DNA from: Octopus sinensis
Taxonomy: Eukaryota
Assembly (NCBI RefSeq): GCF_006345805.1
Contig: NC_043024.1
Location: forward strand, 1,798,001-1,862,000
DNA: 64,000 nucleotides
Direction of reading: 5' to 3'
How positions within the stretch are numbered: position 1 is the first letter of the stretch; each line of letters begins with the position of its first letter. Made by a program: the position numbers and the translations under genes. Shown here in pieces: positions 37,962 to 50,529 of the stretch. The notes under the pieces were generated by a model, which did no database searches, had not been told where the DNA came from, and worked only from the letters and a program-made list of their open reading frames with translations.

Positions 37962-40900
37962 CTCATCTAAGGCGATGAGCTGGCAGAAACTATAGCGTGC
38001 CGGGCGAAATGCTTACCGGTAATTCGTCTGTTGTTACGTTATGAGTTCAAATTCCGCCGAGGTCGACTTTGCCTTTCATCCTTTCGGGGTTGATAAATAA
38101 AGTACCAGTTTCGCACTGGGGTCGATGTAATTGACTTAATCCCTTTGTCTGTCTTTGTTTGTCCCCTCTATGTTTAGGCCCTTGTGGGCAGTAAAGAAAT
38201 ATATATTTGTCTCATTTTTGAGCGTGGCCATTGCCAGTACCGCCTGACTGGCCCCCGTGCTGGTGGCACTTTAAAAGCACCCACTACACTCTCGGAGTGG
38301 TTGGCGCTAGGAAGGGCATCCAGCTGTAGAAACTCTGCCAGATCAAGATTGGAGCCTGGTGCAGCCATCTGCTTCGCCGGTCCTCAGTCAAATCGTCCAA
38401 CCCATGCTAGCATGGAAGCGGACGTTAAACAATGATGATGATGTCTCACTGTGGTGATGACTAGTGACCAAGACTTCTGGCATTTTGCTGTGCTTGAGAA
38501 CACACACCAAGCTAACTGAAATGGTGGTTGTGGCCAGTGCTGGTGACCTGTAAAAGGCACCTGTGCCAGTGACACGTAGGGAGCACATCATTTCACATTG
38601 CTCCAGTCCACTCAGCTAGCAAAAATGAGTAATCCTGCGAAGGACTAGCATCCCATCCAGGTGCAGAATATATGCACCGGGCGACGTTATGTTTTGAGTT
38701 CAAATTCTGCCGAGGTCGACTTTGCCTTTCATCCTTTCGGGGTCGATAAATTAAGTACCAGTTACGCACTGGGGATCGGTATAATCGACTTAATCCATTT
38801 GTCTGTCCTTGTTTGCCCCCGCTGTGTTTAGCCCCTTGTGGGTAGTAAAGAAATAGGTTGTGGCCAGTACTGGTGACCTGTAAAAGGCACCTGTGCCAGT
38901 GACACGTAGGGGCCACTTCATTTCACATTGCTCCAGTCCACTCAGATAGCAAAAATGAGTAATCCTGCGAAGGACTAGCGTCCCATCCAGGTGCGGAATA
39001 TATACGCCATGAAACTGGGAAACCGGCCCTTATGAGTCAGCATGACTCAAAAAGGTAACCTTGCCTTTAACCAATTATTAGACAGTGGTGATTACTTGAA
39101 GTAAAGCAGTGGTTTTAAATGGTTGAAATACTTGATTTAGTATTCATAATGACCAGCTCATCAACCGAACGTTCAACCCTTTAGCATTCAGCTTATTCTG
39201 TCAACCGTAGAGCTTATTTATTCATTTTGTTTTGAATTAAGCATGGATTATCTTTGTAGCTTCGAAATTTCAAATGATGTAAAAGCACCATCCGAGCGTG
39301 GCCGTTTACCAGCCTCGTCTGGCGCCTGTGCGGGTGGCACGTAAAAAGCACCCACTACACTCACGGAGTGGTTGGCGTTAGGAACGGCATCCAGCTGTAG
39401 AAACACTACCAGATCAGACTGGGCCTGGTGCAGCCTTCTGGTTTCCCAGACCCCAGTTGAACCGTCCAACCCATACTAGCATGGAGAACGGACGCTAAAC
39501 GATGATGATGGTGTAGTCATTACCTCTGCCTTAGCGAAAGCACAGGTACTGTTTTCAGTCGTGTTTGTTTGTCCGGGAACAAAATATCTCACTTGACTGT
39601 GGTTTTCTCTATTTCTAGCCATATGATATTGGCTTCTCCCATGTCGGTTATGAATATTCTGTGCCATGTAGTCTTCAGTCTTCCCCTCTTCCTTTTCCCC
39701 CTCCAATGGTGTTTTAGAATAAAATTGTTCTCGTAGCCAGAGTATGAGACCTTTTAACCCTTTAGTGTTCGCATTATTCTGCCAAAGTTAATCCTTTTTT
39801 ATCCACATTGCCTTGAACTAATCAGGCATTATCTTGTAGCTATGAGATTTTGATGAGGTAGCTGTTGATTTTTAAAACGATATTGTAGGGTTGGTGTGAG
39901 AGACCAGATCTGGCCAGTTTGACCATAAAACAGGCAGAATACTTTTGGCCGGTTTAAATGCTAAAGGGTTAATCTTTGTTCTGGTATGATTTCCGCCAAA
40001 TGGCCTTGTGTTGGCTCTCTTCAGAATATCTTCATTGGTTATTTGGTCTTACCAGTGTGTTCTCAGAATCCTTCTCGAGCATCTTTGGATGGATTCGGAT
40101 GAAGCTTTCAGGGATGTTTGGACTCGTGATTCGCACACACTGAGTAGATTTTTGGATGGATCCAATTCCAGACAAGGATTCTGGATTATTTTTCTGTTTT
40201 TTTCTTAATTAATTTTTGAGAGTGGTCAGGTTCATTTTTCTATAAGAAGACCTGTTGAGGCAAGTGAAAATGGACAAAATCAAAAGCAAACTCGATGAAC
40301 ATTAATGGAATTTGTAGTTTTGTGTTACCAGTGCCGGTGGCACATACGAAGACCATCTGAATGTGGCCGTAGCCAGTACCGCATTGACTGGCCTCCGTGC
40401 CGGTGGCACGTAAAAAACACCATCCGAGCGTGGCCGTTCGCCAGCCTCGTCTGGCACATAAAATCACCCACTACACTCTCGGAGTGGTTTGCGTTAGGAA
40501 GGGCATCCAGCTGTAGAAACACTGCCAGATCTGACTGGCCTGGTGCAGCCTTCGGGCTTCCCAGACCCCAGTTGAACCGTCCAACCCATGCTAGCATGGA
40601 AAGCGGACATTAAACGATGATGATGATGATGAAGCAAAACGAATTTTCACAAGATTAAAAAGTGAGAGAAAATGCTTCCTAAAATTCCAAAAAGCAACCC
40701 CAAATATGCCATGTTTTCTTTGTGTTTTTGGCCCTTTACTTTCTTATCCTTTCTTCTTTCTTAGTCCCAAATTTGAACTGCCAACAAGTGATCCAGCCAC
40801 CCAAGCCAAGAAAGCCTCCATAGTCTGTCACTATTGTGCTGAAGTCGGACACAAAGCAGCAAATTGCCAGAAGATTCCACCGGAAATGAAAATGGAACAG

Positions 40901-41919
40901 CAACAACAGGTACCCTTTGCTCTTTTCTATCTCTCTCTCTAACTAATCTAGCACCTCTATCACCCATCCTTATTGTACTGCATACACTCGTGACTAAATT
41001 GCACATTTTTTACCAAAGATTTCAATAAAAACCAGACGCGGGAGTGGCTGTGTGGTAAGTAGCTTGCTAACCAACCACATGGTTCCAGGTTCAGTCCCAC
41101 TGCGTGGCATCTTGGGCAAGTGTCTTCTGCTATAGCCCCGGGCCGACCAATGCCTTGTGAGTGGATTTGGTAGACGGAAACTGAAAGAAGCCCGTCGTAT
41201 ATATGTATATATAAATAAATATATGTGTGTGCGTGTATGTTTGTGTGTCTGTGTTTGCCCCCCCTGGTGTGTTTACGTCCCCGTCACTTAGTGGTTCGGC
41301 AAAAGAGACCGATAGAATAAGTACTGGGCTTACAAAAGAATAAGTCCCGGGCTCGAGTTGCTCGATTAAAAGGCGGTGCTCTAGCATGGCCGCAGTCAAA
41401 TGACTGAAACAAGTAAAAGAGAGTAAAAAGAGAGTGTGATCTGTCCACTCAACATCACAGGGGTCTGAAGTAGACAGCAGTGCATCAGTAGCCCAGAAGA
41501 ATCTTTGGGTGTCCTGATCAAGTTTAACCCATGTCTTACCGTATTCCTGTTGAGATGCTCTGTGTTTCTTTCAATTAATTTTAAATATAAGAAAGAATTT
41601 AGTAAAATAACTTCGTTATCATTAAGTTAGTGTTAGGAACATAAATTGTGACTAAGGTTTCGTGGAAGATTTTATTTCAGAACTTATGAAAACAAGACAC
41701 TTGTACTCAGAGCCAGAAGTGGTTTCGGCCAGGTTGGCATCAAAAGGGTTAATAACTAGGCGCAGGAGTGGCTGTATGGTAAGTAGCTTGCTTACCAACC
41801 ACATGGTTCCGGGTTCAGTCCCACTGCGTGGCATCTTGGGCAAGTGTCTTCTGCTATAGCCCCAGGCCGACCAATGCCTTGTGAGTGGATTTGGTAGACG
41901 GAAACTGAAAGAAGCCTGT

Positions 41920-41950
<31 letters not shown>

Positions 41951-44900
41951 GCATGTTTGTGTTTGTCCCCCTAGCATTGCTTGACAACCGATGCTGGTGT
42001 GTTTATGTCCCCGTTACTTAGCAGTTCGGCAAAAGAAACTGATAGAATGAGTACTGGGCTTACAAAAGAATAAGTCCCGGGCTCGAGTTGCTCAATTAAA
42101 AGCGGTGCTCCAGCTTGGTCGCAGTCAAATGACTGAAACAAGTAAAGAGAGTTACATTAAAGAAGGGTCATGTGACTCTGCAGATTATAAATGATAGTGC
42201 AGCCTGTCTGGGGGTCAACCACCTTCTTTGACAACCTCAAACTAAAGGTGTGTGATCTATCTGCAAATATATTGGGTTGGCAACTAAGTTCCTGCCGTTT
42301 TTTTTAAATTAAAATTTTTTAAAAGGTTTAATAAAAAAAATAACTAATTAATCAATAATGTCTTCACTCTTGTTGTTTACAACTTCTTCCCAAAGTTCAA
42401 TAAGATTTTTCAATACCTCGTTGGTAGAAATCACCTGATTTCAACTCAAAAAATTGATCCAACGAAGCTCTCAATTCTTCATCAGGATTGAACGAAACTC
42501 CACGCATAGCATTTGAAAGAGATCGAAAGAGGTAGAAATCCGTTGGTGCCAAATCAGGAGAGTACGGCAAGTGTGGCAGCATTTTCCAGCCATGTGTTTG
42601 AATGGTTTCCTTGGTCATATTGGCGATGTGAGGGCGGGCATTGTCATGCAGCAGAAGAACTCCATGCTGACGATTAGGTCTTTTCTCTTGAGTTGCCATT
42701 TTGAGTCGTTCCATTGCTGAACATAAAGTTCCGTCTTGTTGACTGTTTGGTTCCGTTCCAACAATTCGTAATGGATAATCCCTTCCCCGTCCCACCATGC
42801 ACACAACATCGTTTTACGCGGATGAAGATCTTGTTTCACTTATGGTGTCGCTTGTTTATCGGGGATAAGCCATTCTTTACGCTGCTTCATATTTGATGTC
42901 CAGGCACCATTTTTCGTCGCCAGTAACGATTCGGTAAAGAAATCGTTGCTTGTGTCCATAAGTTGAGCATGACGAGTAAGCAAACCAGCGGAGATTGTGA
43001 CTCGTTGATTTTTGTTGTTGTCACTTAAAGCATGCGGAACCCATGTTCCATACTTCTGAACCTTTCCCATCGAGTGAAGATGCTTCTCTATAGCAGTGTG
43101 GGAGCATTCCATTTTCTCTGCCAGTTCCCTTGTCGTTTGACGAGAATTTTCGTGCAAAAGTTGGTTTAATCTCTCCTCATCGAACTCAACTGGACGGCCA
43201 GAACGAAGAGCGTCTTTGAGGTCAAAATTTCCATTTTTGAACTTGGCAAACCAACCACGAACGGTTCTTTCTTCCATGGCACCCTCTCCATACACAGCAC
43301 AAATGTCGGGAGCAGCTTTTGCGACCTTAGAACCTTCTATAAAAGCAAAAAGGAGGTGTCGAAAATGCTCGTTTTTCCTAATTTGACATTCCATTTTAAT
43401 GATCTGAAAGTAAACAAAAATTAGCTAAAATCAACTAGAAAAAAACAAAATAGATTCCAAAATGATTAAAAAATAGAATTTTTAAAGAAAAAAAAATTCC
43501 CAAATTTAAAAAAACGGTGGGAACTTTGTTGCGAACCCAAATATATGATACATCTAAAAATCTATTCTTTCCATATTTGTATTTCTGAGAAGAAAAATAA
43601 ATTCAAAATTATAGTAAAATAGAGTATAAGATAACAATTGCAGCTTGGAAGGTGTTTGTAAGCCATTTAAGAAACACACAAAAGCCGTTCGATTCACTTC
43701 AACATTTAAGTTTAATTTGTCAAAATAAAGCGACAAAAATATCTTGACAAATTAAAACTTAAATGTTGAAGTGAATCGAACGGCTTTTGTGTGTTTCTTA
43801 AATGGCTTACAAACACCTTCCAAGCTGCAATTGTTTGCGTTCCAGCACACGATCTCAGATCGGGTCACTTGCTATGCAAGTACATCTCCGTAATTCCGAA
43901 AGAGTATAAGATAAAACCAATAAAATAATTACTAGTGGTGAGGCGAGTGGGTGGGGGATATATCAGGGACTCTAGGAATTGTATTAAATTATTTATTTGT
44001 CTGAAAATTTTTTTATTTTTTTCAAAATTTTGCATTTCGTTTGTTTTTCTTAGGCCTATGACAAAATCCGAAATCAACAGGTACGTTCAGATTTTACCTT
44101 CCTCACCTGTTTGTGTGTCAAATTTGAACTTATTGTAAATGTATAAATGATATGCAGTTGCGAGTTGCAATTTTTACTTGCTGGAGTGGCTGTGTGGTAA
44201 GTAGCTTGCTTCCCAACCACATGGTTCTGGGTTCAGTCCCACTGTGTGGCGCATTGGGCGAGTATCTTCTACTATAGGCTCAGCCCGACCAAAGCCTTGT
44301 TAGTGGATTCTCAATCTTGCAGGTTGATGGGTGCTGGTGCCAAAAAAGTGCACCCAGTGGACTCTGTAAAGTGGTCAGTGTTAAGAAGGGCTTTCAGTTG
44401 TAGAAACTATGCCAAAATAGACATGGAACCTGGCCAGCTCCTGCCAACCCATGCAAGCATGGAAAACGGATGTTAAATGATGAGAATGAACTGTGGAAAC
44501 CATCCACTTGACACCGGCATGGAGACTGGACATTAAAAAACAATGATTATGGTCAGCATGTTAAGTTAATTTTTTGGCTCCAAAAGCAAAATGCAAGGCC
44601 ATGTAGAGGGACATGGAGTTATGTACAGGGAGGGTGTTCATGCAAAGAGTTCAGGCCATTTCTGGTCAAGAGAGACTTGATGTAAGGATCGGTCGAATGC
44701 CAAATGACTGATATTATTTGAACTGCAAGTTTTATGTCAGTATTTTTCTCCTACAAGAGCTGCTGTCTTTCCCGTGGCTTTGTCAAAAAAAAAAAAAAGG
44801 GGGTCTCCTCTGTCTGTCACTCGGAAATCTGTTTAATTAAGATGGGACCCTGATAGATGTTTCCACTCCAGGTCATGATGGACCTAGAAGTAATGGAATA

Positions 44901-45157
44901 TTAAGGAGTGACTCTGTGCTTTCCTCAATTCCAGAACTCCCAGACTAGGAGCCTCACCACCGGATGTGGCCATGCTGGAGCACCACCTTGAAGGGTTTTA
45001 GTTGAACAATCTGGTCCCCAGAGCTTATTTTTTTTAAAGTCTAATACTTATTATGTTAGTCTCTTTTGCTGAACCACTAAGTTACAGGGATGTAAACACA
45101 CCAACACCAGTTGTCAGCGATGATGTGGGGACGGGGGGCAACCATACATATGCACAG

Positions 45158-45204
<47 letters not shown>

Positions 45205-45518
45205 AGAGTAAGCACATAAACGCAAAAAAATAGGACTTGAATATAAGAGGTAATATGCTTTATTAAATTATATATGTGTATGTATATATATATATACACA
45301 CACACACGACAGGCTTCTTTCAGTTTCCGTCTACCAAATCCACTCACAAGGCTTTGGTCAGCCCGAGGCTACAGTAGAAGACACTTGCCCAAGGTGCCCA
45401 GAACATAGGGAAGCAAGCTTCTTACCACACGGCCATGCCTACACCTATGTATGTATGTATGTGTGTGTATATATATATTATATATATATATATACAATAC
45501 ATATATATATACATATAC

Positions 45519-45593
<75 letters not shown>

Positions 45594-45684
45594 CATATAT
45601 ATATACATATATATATATATCATCATCATCATCGTTTAACGTCCGTTCTCCATGCTAGCATGGGTTGGACGGTTATATATACAC

Positions 45685-45724
<40 letters not shown>

Positions 45725-46026
45725 TATATACATATACATATATACACATACATACATATATATACATATATATATAATATATACATATATATATATAACA
45801 TAATATATACATACTATATATATTACATATATATACTATATATACATACATATATATATACTATATATATATATACATATACATATATATTACATATATA
45901 TATACATACATAATATATATATATATATATACATACATATTATATATACATACATATATATATATTATACATACATATATATATACATACATACATATAT
46001 GTATACACATATATATAATATATATA

Positions 46027-46060
<34 letters not shown>

Positions 46061-46112
46061 ACAATACATATATATATTACATATATATACATACATATAT
46101 ATATATATATAT

Positions 46113-46145
<33 letters not shown>

Positions 46146-46209
46146 ATAATACATACATATATATATATATACATATATATACATACATATATAATACATA
46201 CATATATAT

Positions 46210-46254
<45 letters not shown>

Positions 46255-46470
46255 TGTACTTGTTTCAGTCATTTGACTGCGGCCATGCTGGAGCACCGCC
46301 TTTAGAGTGGTGAAAGAGTACAGCAGGGATCACCACCATCCCCTGCTGGAGCCTCGTGGAGCTTTTAGGTGTTTTCGCTCAATAAACACACACAACACCC
46401 GGTCTGGGAATCGAAACCGCGATCCTCCGACCGCAAGTCCGCTGCCCTAACCACTGGGCCATTGCGCCTC

Positions 46471-46510
<40 letters not shown>

Positions 46511-48757
46511 TATACATATATATATATATACATACATATATATATATGTATGGCCACTGTACACAAGAACAAAATCCCCAGAGAGAGGAAAATTTTAATG
46601 AGACGGCGTACGAAATTTTCAAATCGCCTAAACAAACAGATTGAAAGCAGTGAAAAGTCCCGCCTAAAAATAAAACTGTTGGAAATCGAAAAATGTCTGC
46701 AACTCTCCCATGAAAAAGAAAGAGCAGACAAAGAAGCCTGGGCTATAGAAAACATAAAATCTAACCCCAGAGCTTTCTACAGGTATGCCAAAGAAACAGC
46801 TACAGTGCACTGTAGAATAGGGCCACTCCTCGAAAAGGATGGCACACTTACAGGAAAACCAATGAGGGTAAGTGAAATACTGAATGAGCAATTCAAGAGT
46901 GTTTTCACTCCACCCCTGGGCATCTCCAAATCACCAATCCAACTGACTTTTTTTACCACTGCAGATATAAAATCAGAGGCGGCGACGATAGATTACATCG
47001 ATATAAAGGAAGACGATGTAACCAAGGCTATAGATGAATGAAAACAGACTCAGCTACTGGCCCCGATGGATTCCCGGCAATCCTCCTAAAAGCATGTAAG
47101 AGAGTCCTAGCAAGACCACTGCAGTTCCTCTTTCAGAGCTTCCTTGCAGCTGGCAAACTTCCAGGAAAACTGAAGGAAGGTAAATATGCCCCATTCATAA
47201 AGGAGGTAGCAGAGCGGAAGCCAAGAACTATAGACCTATCTCTCTGACCTCACACATCAGCAAGGTCATGGAACGAATAGTCAGAAGGAAGCTGATCACC
47301 TTCCTTGAAGAGAATGACTTGCTGCCCGACACCCAACATGGTTTCCGACCAGGGAGAAGCTGTTTTACTCAGCTCCTACAACACTATGACTGGGTGCTGA
47401 AACGGCTGCTCAACCACTCAAATGTGGAAGTGATATATCTCGACTTTGCAAAGGCCTTTGATAAAGTCGATCATGGAATGATATGTCACAAACTGCGTGA
47501 TCTCAACATAGTTGGAAAACTGGGAGAATGGCTTCATGACTTTCTGAAGGATAGAAGTCAGGTGGTAGTAGCCAATGGGGCCACCTCCATTAACACAAAT
47601 AGTGAGCGGTGTTCCGCAGGCACTGTTCTGGGACCACTACTGTTCATAATGGCCCTCTCAGACATGCCCTCAGCCACGCAGAGAGCCACGATCACAAGTT
47701 ATGCAGATGATACAAAAGTTTCACAGGCAATACAGAACCCTGAGGACACTAAACACCTGCAATGTGAGCTGGACGAAATATACAAGTGGGCTGAAAAGAA
47801 TAGCATGCAGTTCAATGCTGGAAAGTTTCAAGCTTTATACTATCAGCATGCAAAACTGAATGCAATACCCAATGAATACACTGGACCCGAGGGATTGCAA
47901 TCCCAGAGGCACAATCAGTGCGTGACCTGGGTATTCACATGAGTGATGACGCGACCTTTCATGTACATGTTGCTAAACTGACAATGAAATGTAGACGGCT
48001 GGCTGGATGGATTCTTAGAACCTTTAGAACAAGAGAACAAGAAACCATGATGGTCCTCTGGAAGACACTTGTCCTAAGCCACTTTGACTATTGCTCTCAG
48101 CTATGGTCACCATCCAGTGTCAAGTTGATCACAGAACTTGAGGCGATCCAACGAAGCTACACAAAGAAGATAGCCTCTATGCAGAATGTAAGCTACTGGG
48201 AAAGACTCAAGAGATTAAAATTATATTCCCTGGAGCGTAGGCGGGAAAGATATGCCATAATATACATCTGGAAGATCCTGGAGGGAAGTGTCCTGAACTT
48301 TGGCATCGAGAGTTACGCAAATGCCAGAACTGGGCGCCACTGCGTGGTGCCTAGGACTCCAAACCTGCCATCAAGATGTAGGACAAGATTCTGTGATAGC
48401 CTGGGCTTCCGAGGCCCACAGCTCTTCAATATCCTCCCGAAAAACCTGAGAGACCTGCATGGAGTGGATACAGATGTCTTTAAAATGAAGCTGGATCTCT
48501 TCCTGTCAGGTGTCCCAGATGAACCAACTTCACGGCAGGAGGGGCAGATGAGGGCAGCTGCATCGAACTCTCTCATGCACCAAATAGCAGTTGCTAGAAA
48601 GCCTCCATGAAGTGAAACCAAGTAGCAACACCAAATGGCGGTGCCCCAGCATGGCCACAGCTCATAAGCTGAAACTAGAATCAATCAATCAATCAATCAA
48701 TCAATCATACATATATATATATATACATATATATATATATCATATATATATATATAC

Positions 48758-48812
<55 letters not shown>

Positions 48813-48839
48813 CATATATTATATATATATATATACATA

Positions 48840-48879
<40 letters not shown>

Positions 48880-49052
48880 CATACATTATATATATACATA
48901 CAATATATATACATACATACATATATATATACATACATATATATATACATACATATATATATATACACATATATATATTACATACATACATATATATATA
49001 TACACATATATATATTACATACACACATATATATATACACACATACACACAC

Positions 49053-49105
<53 letters not shown>

Positions 49106-49698
49106 CATACACACACATATAATATATATATATATAGAACAATCTTACTTAGAAATGGATGCCTGCGTTCTGTCATATAATAAATTAATAAAACATATGC
49201 ATATATACATACATATGTGTACCTACCTACCTCTACATGTGTATATACATGCATATATAAGTACAGGAAACCAGAAAATCGTCGAACACAATGAGAAACG
49301 AAAACAAACACAAAACCAAGGAACTGGACATTTTTTTAAACAACGAAAAAATAGAGTACAGGACAAATAACACAAGGAAAAAACCCCTTCTTCAGTCGCC
49401 ATGGTTTCATCTACTCTGCGTTTCGAAGGTGAAGGCGATGCATTTGCTTTTCGCAGTAAGAAATGTTTCATTAAAGTCATGCATCGCCTTGACCTTCGAA
49501 ACGTGGAGTAGATGAAACCATGGCGACTGAAGAAGGGTTTTTTTCCTTGTGTTATTTGTCGACGTTTTTTTGGTGTCCTGTACCCATATATGCATGTATA
49601 TATACATGTAGATGTAGGTACGTACATGTATGTATGTATGTATGTATATATGCATATGTTTTATTAATTTATTATCTACATATATATATATATACACA

Positions 49699-49734
<36 letters not shown>

Positions 49735-49953
49735 CACACACACACACACATATATATATACACATGTATATATATATATATACATATATGTATACATATA
49801 TATACACACATACATATATGTATATATATATACACACATATATACATACATATATATATATACACACACACACACATATATATACATATATATATATACA
49901 CACACACATATATATGTACACACACATGTATATATATATATATGTACACACAC

Positions 49954-49992
<39 letters not shown>

Positions 49993-50330
49993 TATACATA
50001 TATATTTATTTATGGCTGCCCCCTCGTTATCGAGTATGGCCATTGCCCGAAGCTTAACTGTTACTGGTGCTGTGATCGAATGTGACTTTTTAGCCCAGCC
50101 AAAGATCTACAATGTCTTGTACAGAATTGGCAACAAATACCTTTACCGGTAATAGTCGGCTGAATTTGTAACTGGGCTTCATATATCTTTGCATGTCGTT
50201 TAAGTCCTCCTGCCGAATTACACTCTCTTCCACATGCCTGACAAATATGATTAGTATGGTGTGTTACACCACCACCAGTGGCCAGGTGGTCACTCATATA
50301 TACATACACATGTATATACATATATATACA

Positions 50331-50370
<40 letters not shown>

Positions 50371-50405
50371 TATATACACACACATATACATATATATATA
50401 TACAC

Positions 50406-50454
<49 letters not shown>

Positions 50455-50487
50455 CATATATATATATATATACACATATATATATAT

Positions 50488-50529
<42 letters not shown>

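Noticed and set aside
46550-48610. Reverse transcriptase as a host gene or active element
   Set aside because: 5'-truncated with at least three frameshifts; no endonuclease domain or ORF1 seen
49388-49540. Complete hammerhead in the 49177 fold-back
   Set aside because: CTGAAGA and GAAAC are present but stems I and II cannot be formed convincingly
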